Position numbers and translations under genes: made by a program. The notes beneath the pieces are model-generated. The model was given only the letters and a program-made list of their open reading frames with translations. It was not told the origin of the DNA and did not search any database. From Podarcis muralis (taxonomy: Eukaryota), in contig NC_135667.1 in assembly GCF_964188315.1 (NCBI RefSeq), positions 26,784,001-26,848,000 on the forward strand: DNA of 64,000 nucleotides. Direction: 5' to 3'. Positions 63,573 to 64,000 of this stretch are shown piece by piece. How positions within the stretch are numbered: the stretch's first letter is position 1; the number at the start of each line of letters is the position of its first letter.

Positions 63573-63719
63573 CTTGAAGGGAACATGCCTTCCATTTACT
63601 GTCTTTGTCATAGTTCGCAGTTGTGGCACACCACAGCGTGTTATCTCCAGATCCATCCATGGTGCAGGCAGAGTAGGATTTCCCTTTGAAAACGAAGGGG
63701 AAGGTGCAAGGGCGTGGTT
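63573..63719 (-). CDS. FN2 gene 2 exon, FN2 domain A
   Basis: 147 bp, phase 1-1. Encodes [48 protein letters not shown]. Confidence 0.92.
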
Positions 63720-64000
63720 CTGAGGAAGAAATAAAAGGTTTGGGAATTGAAAAACTACATTAAGAGGGATTAGTGGGAAATGCACGGTAAGAAGAAAGCT
63801 GACTCAAGGTCCATATGCAATAGTTTTGCTGTTTCCAGACTCATGAGCACATGAGCCAGCATTGAAGGCAGAAGACCAAACTCTAGATGCATCCGAAAGT
63901 ATTACCAAAATCATATCTTGAATGTACATCCTACACACCCCTGATTTTTCTCCATAAATGTACACCATGTAGGCTCCCACCAATGTGAATATTTAATTCT

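Noticed and set aside
51842-63719. Calling the FN2 exons MMP2, MMP9 or fibronectin
   Set aside because: No propeptide, HExxH catalytic, hemopexin, FN1 or FN3 exons were found, and a signal exon directly precedes FN2-A.
1-64000. CRISPR arrays, rRNA, tRNA genes or prokaryotic systems
   Set aside because: None were seen. The tRNA-like sequences are SINE heads and the DNA is vertebrate.

Overview
This is eukaryotic, intron-containing DNA from a squamate reptile, probably a lacertid lizard (inferred from Sauria SINE, Squam3-like SINE and BovB repeats). Bases 1-49 kb are an olfactory receptor (OR) cluster with 8 intact single-exon ORs, one multiply disrupted pseudogene and several 5' stubs. The cluster was built by layered duplications. 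A recent ~13.5-13.7 kb tandem duplication (12361-25823 vs 25824-39510) has a junction that maps to a 30-bp window between older paralogous modules. Bases 51.8-64 kb hold minus-strand exons that the ORF track mostly misses. They assemble into a complete 5-exon gene for a predicted 194-aa secreted protein (signal peptide, 2 fibronectin type II domains, unusual Cys/charged tail), plus the 3' part of a second FN2-pair gene. This FN2-only cluster (BSP/ELSPBP1-like) is the best candidate for something poorly described. All alignments were done by eye, identities are estimates, and no database searches were run.
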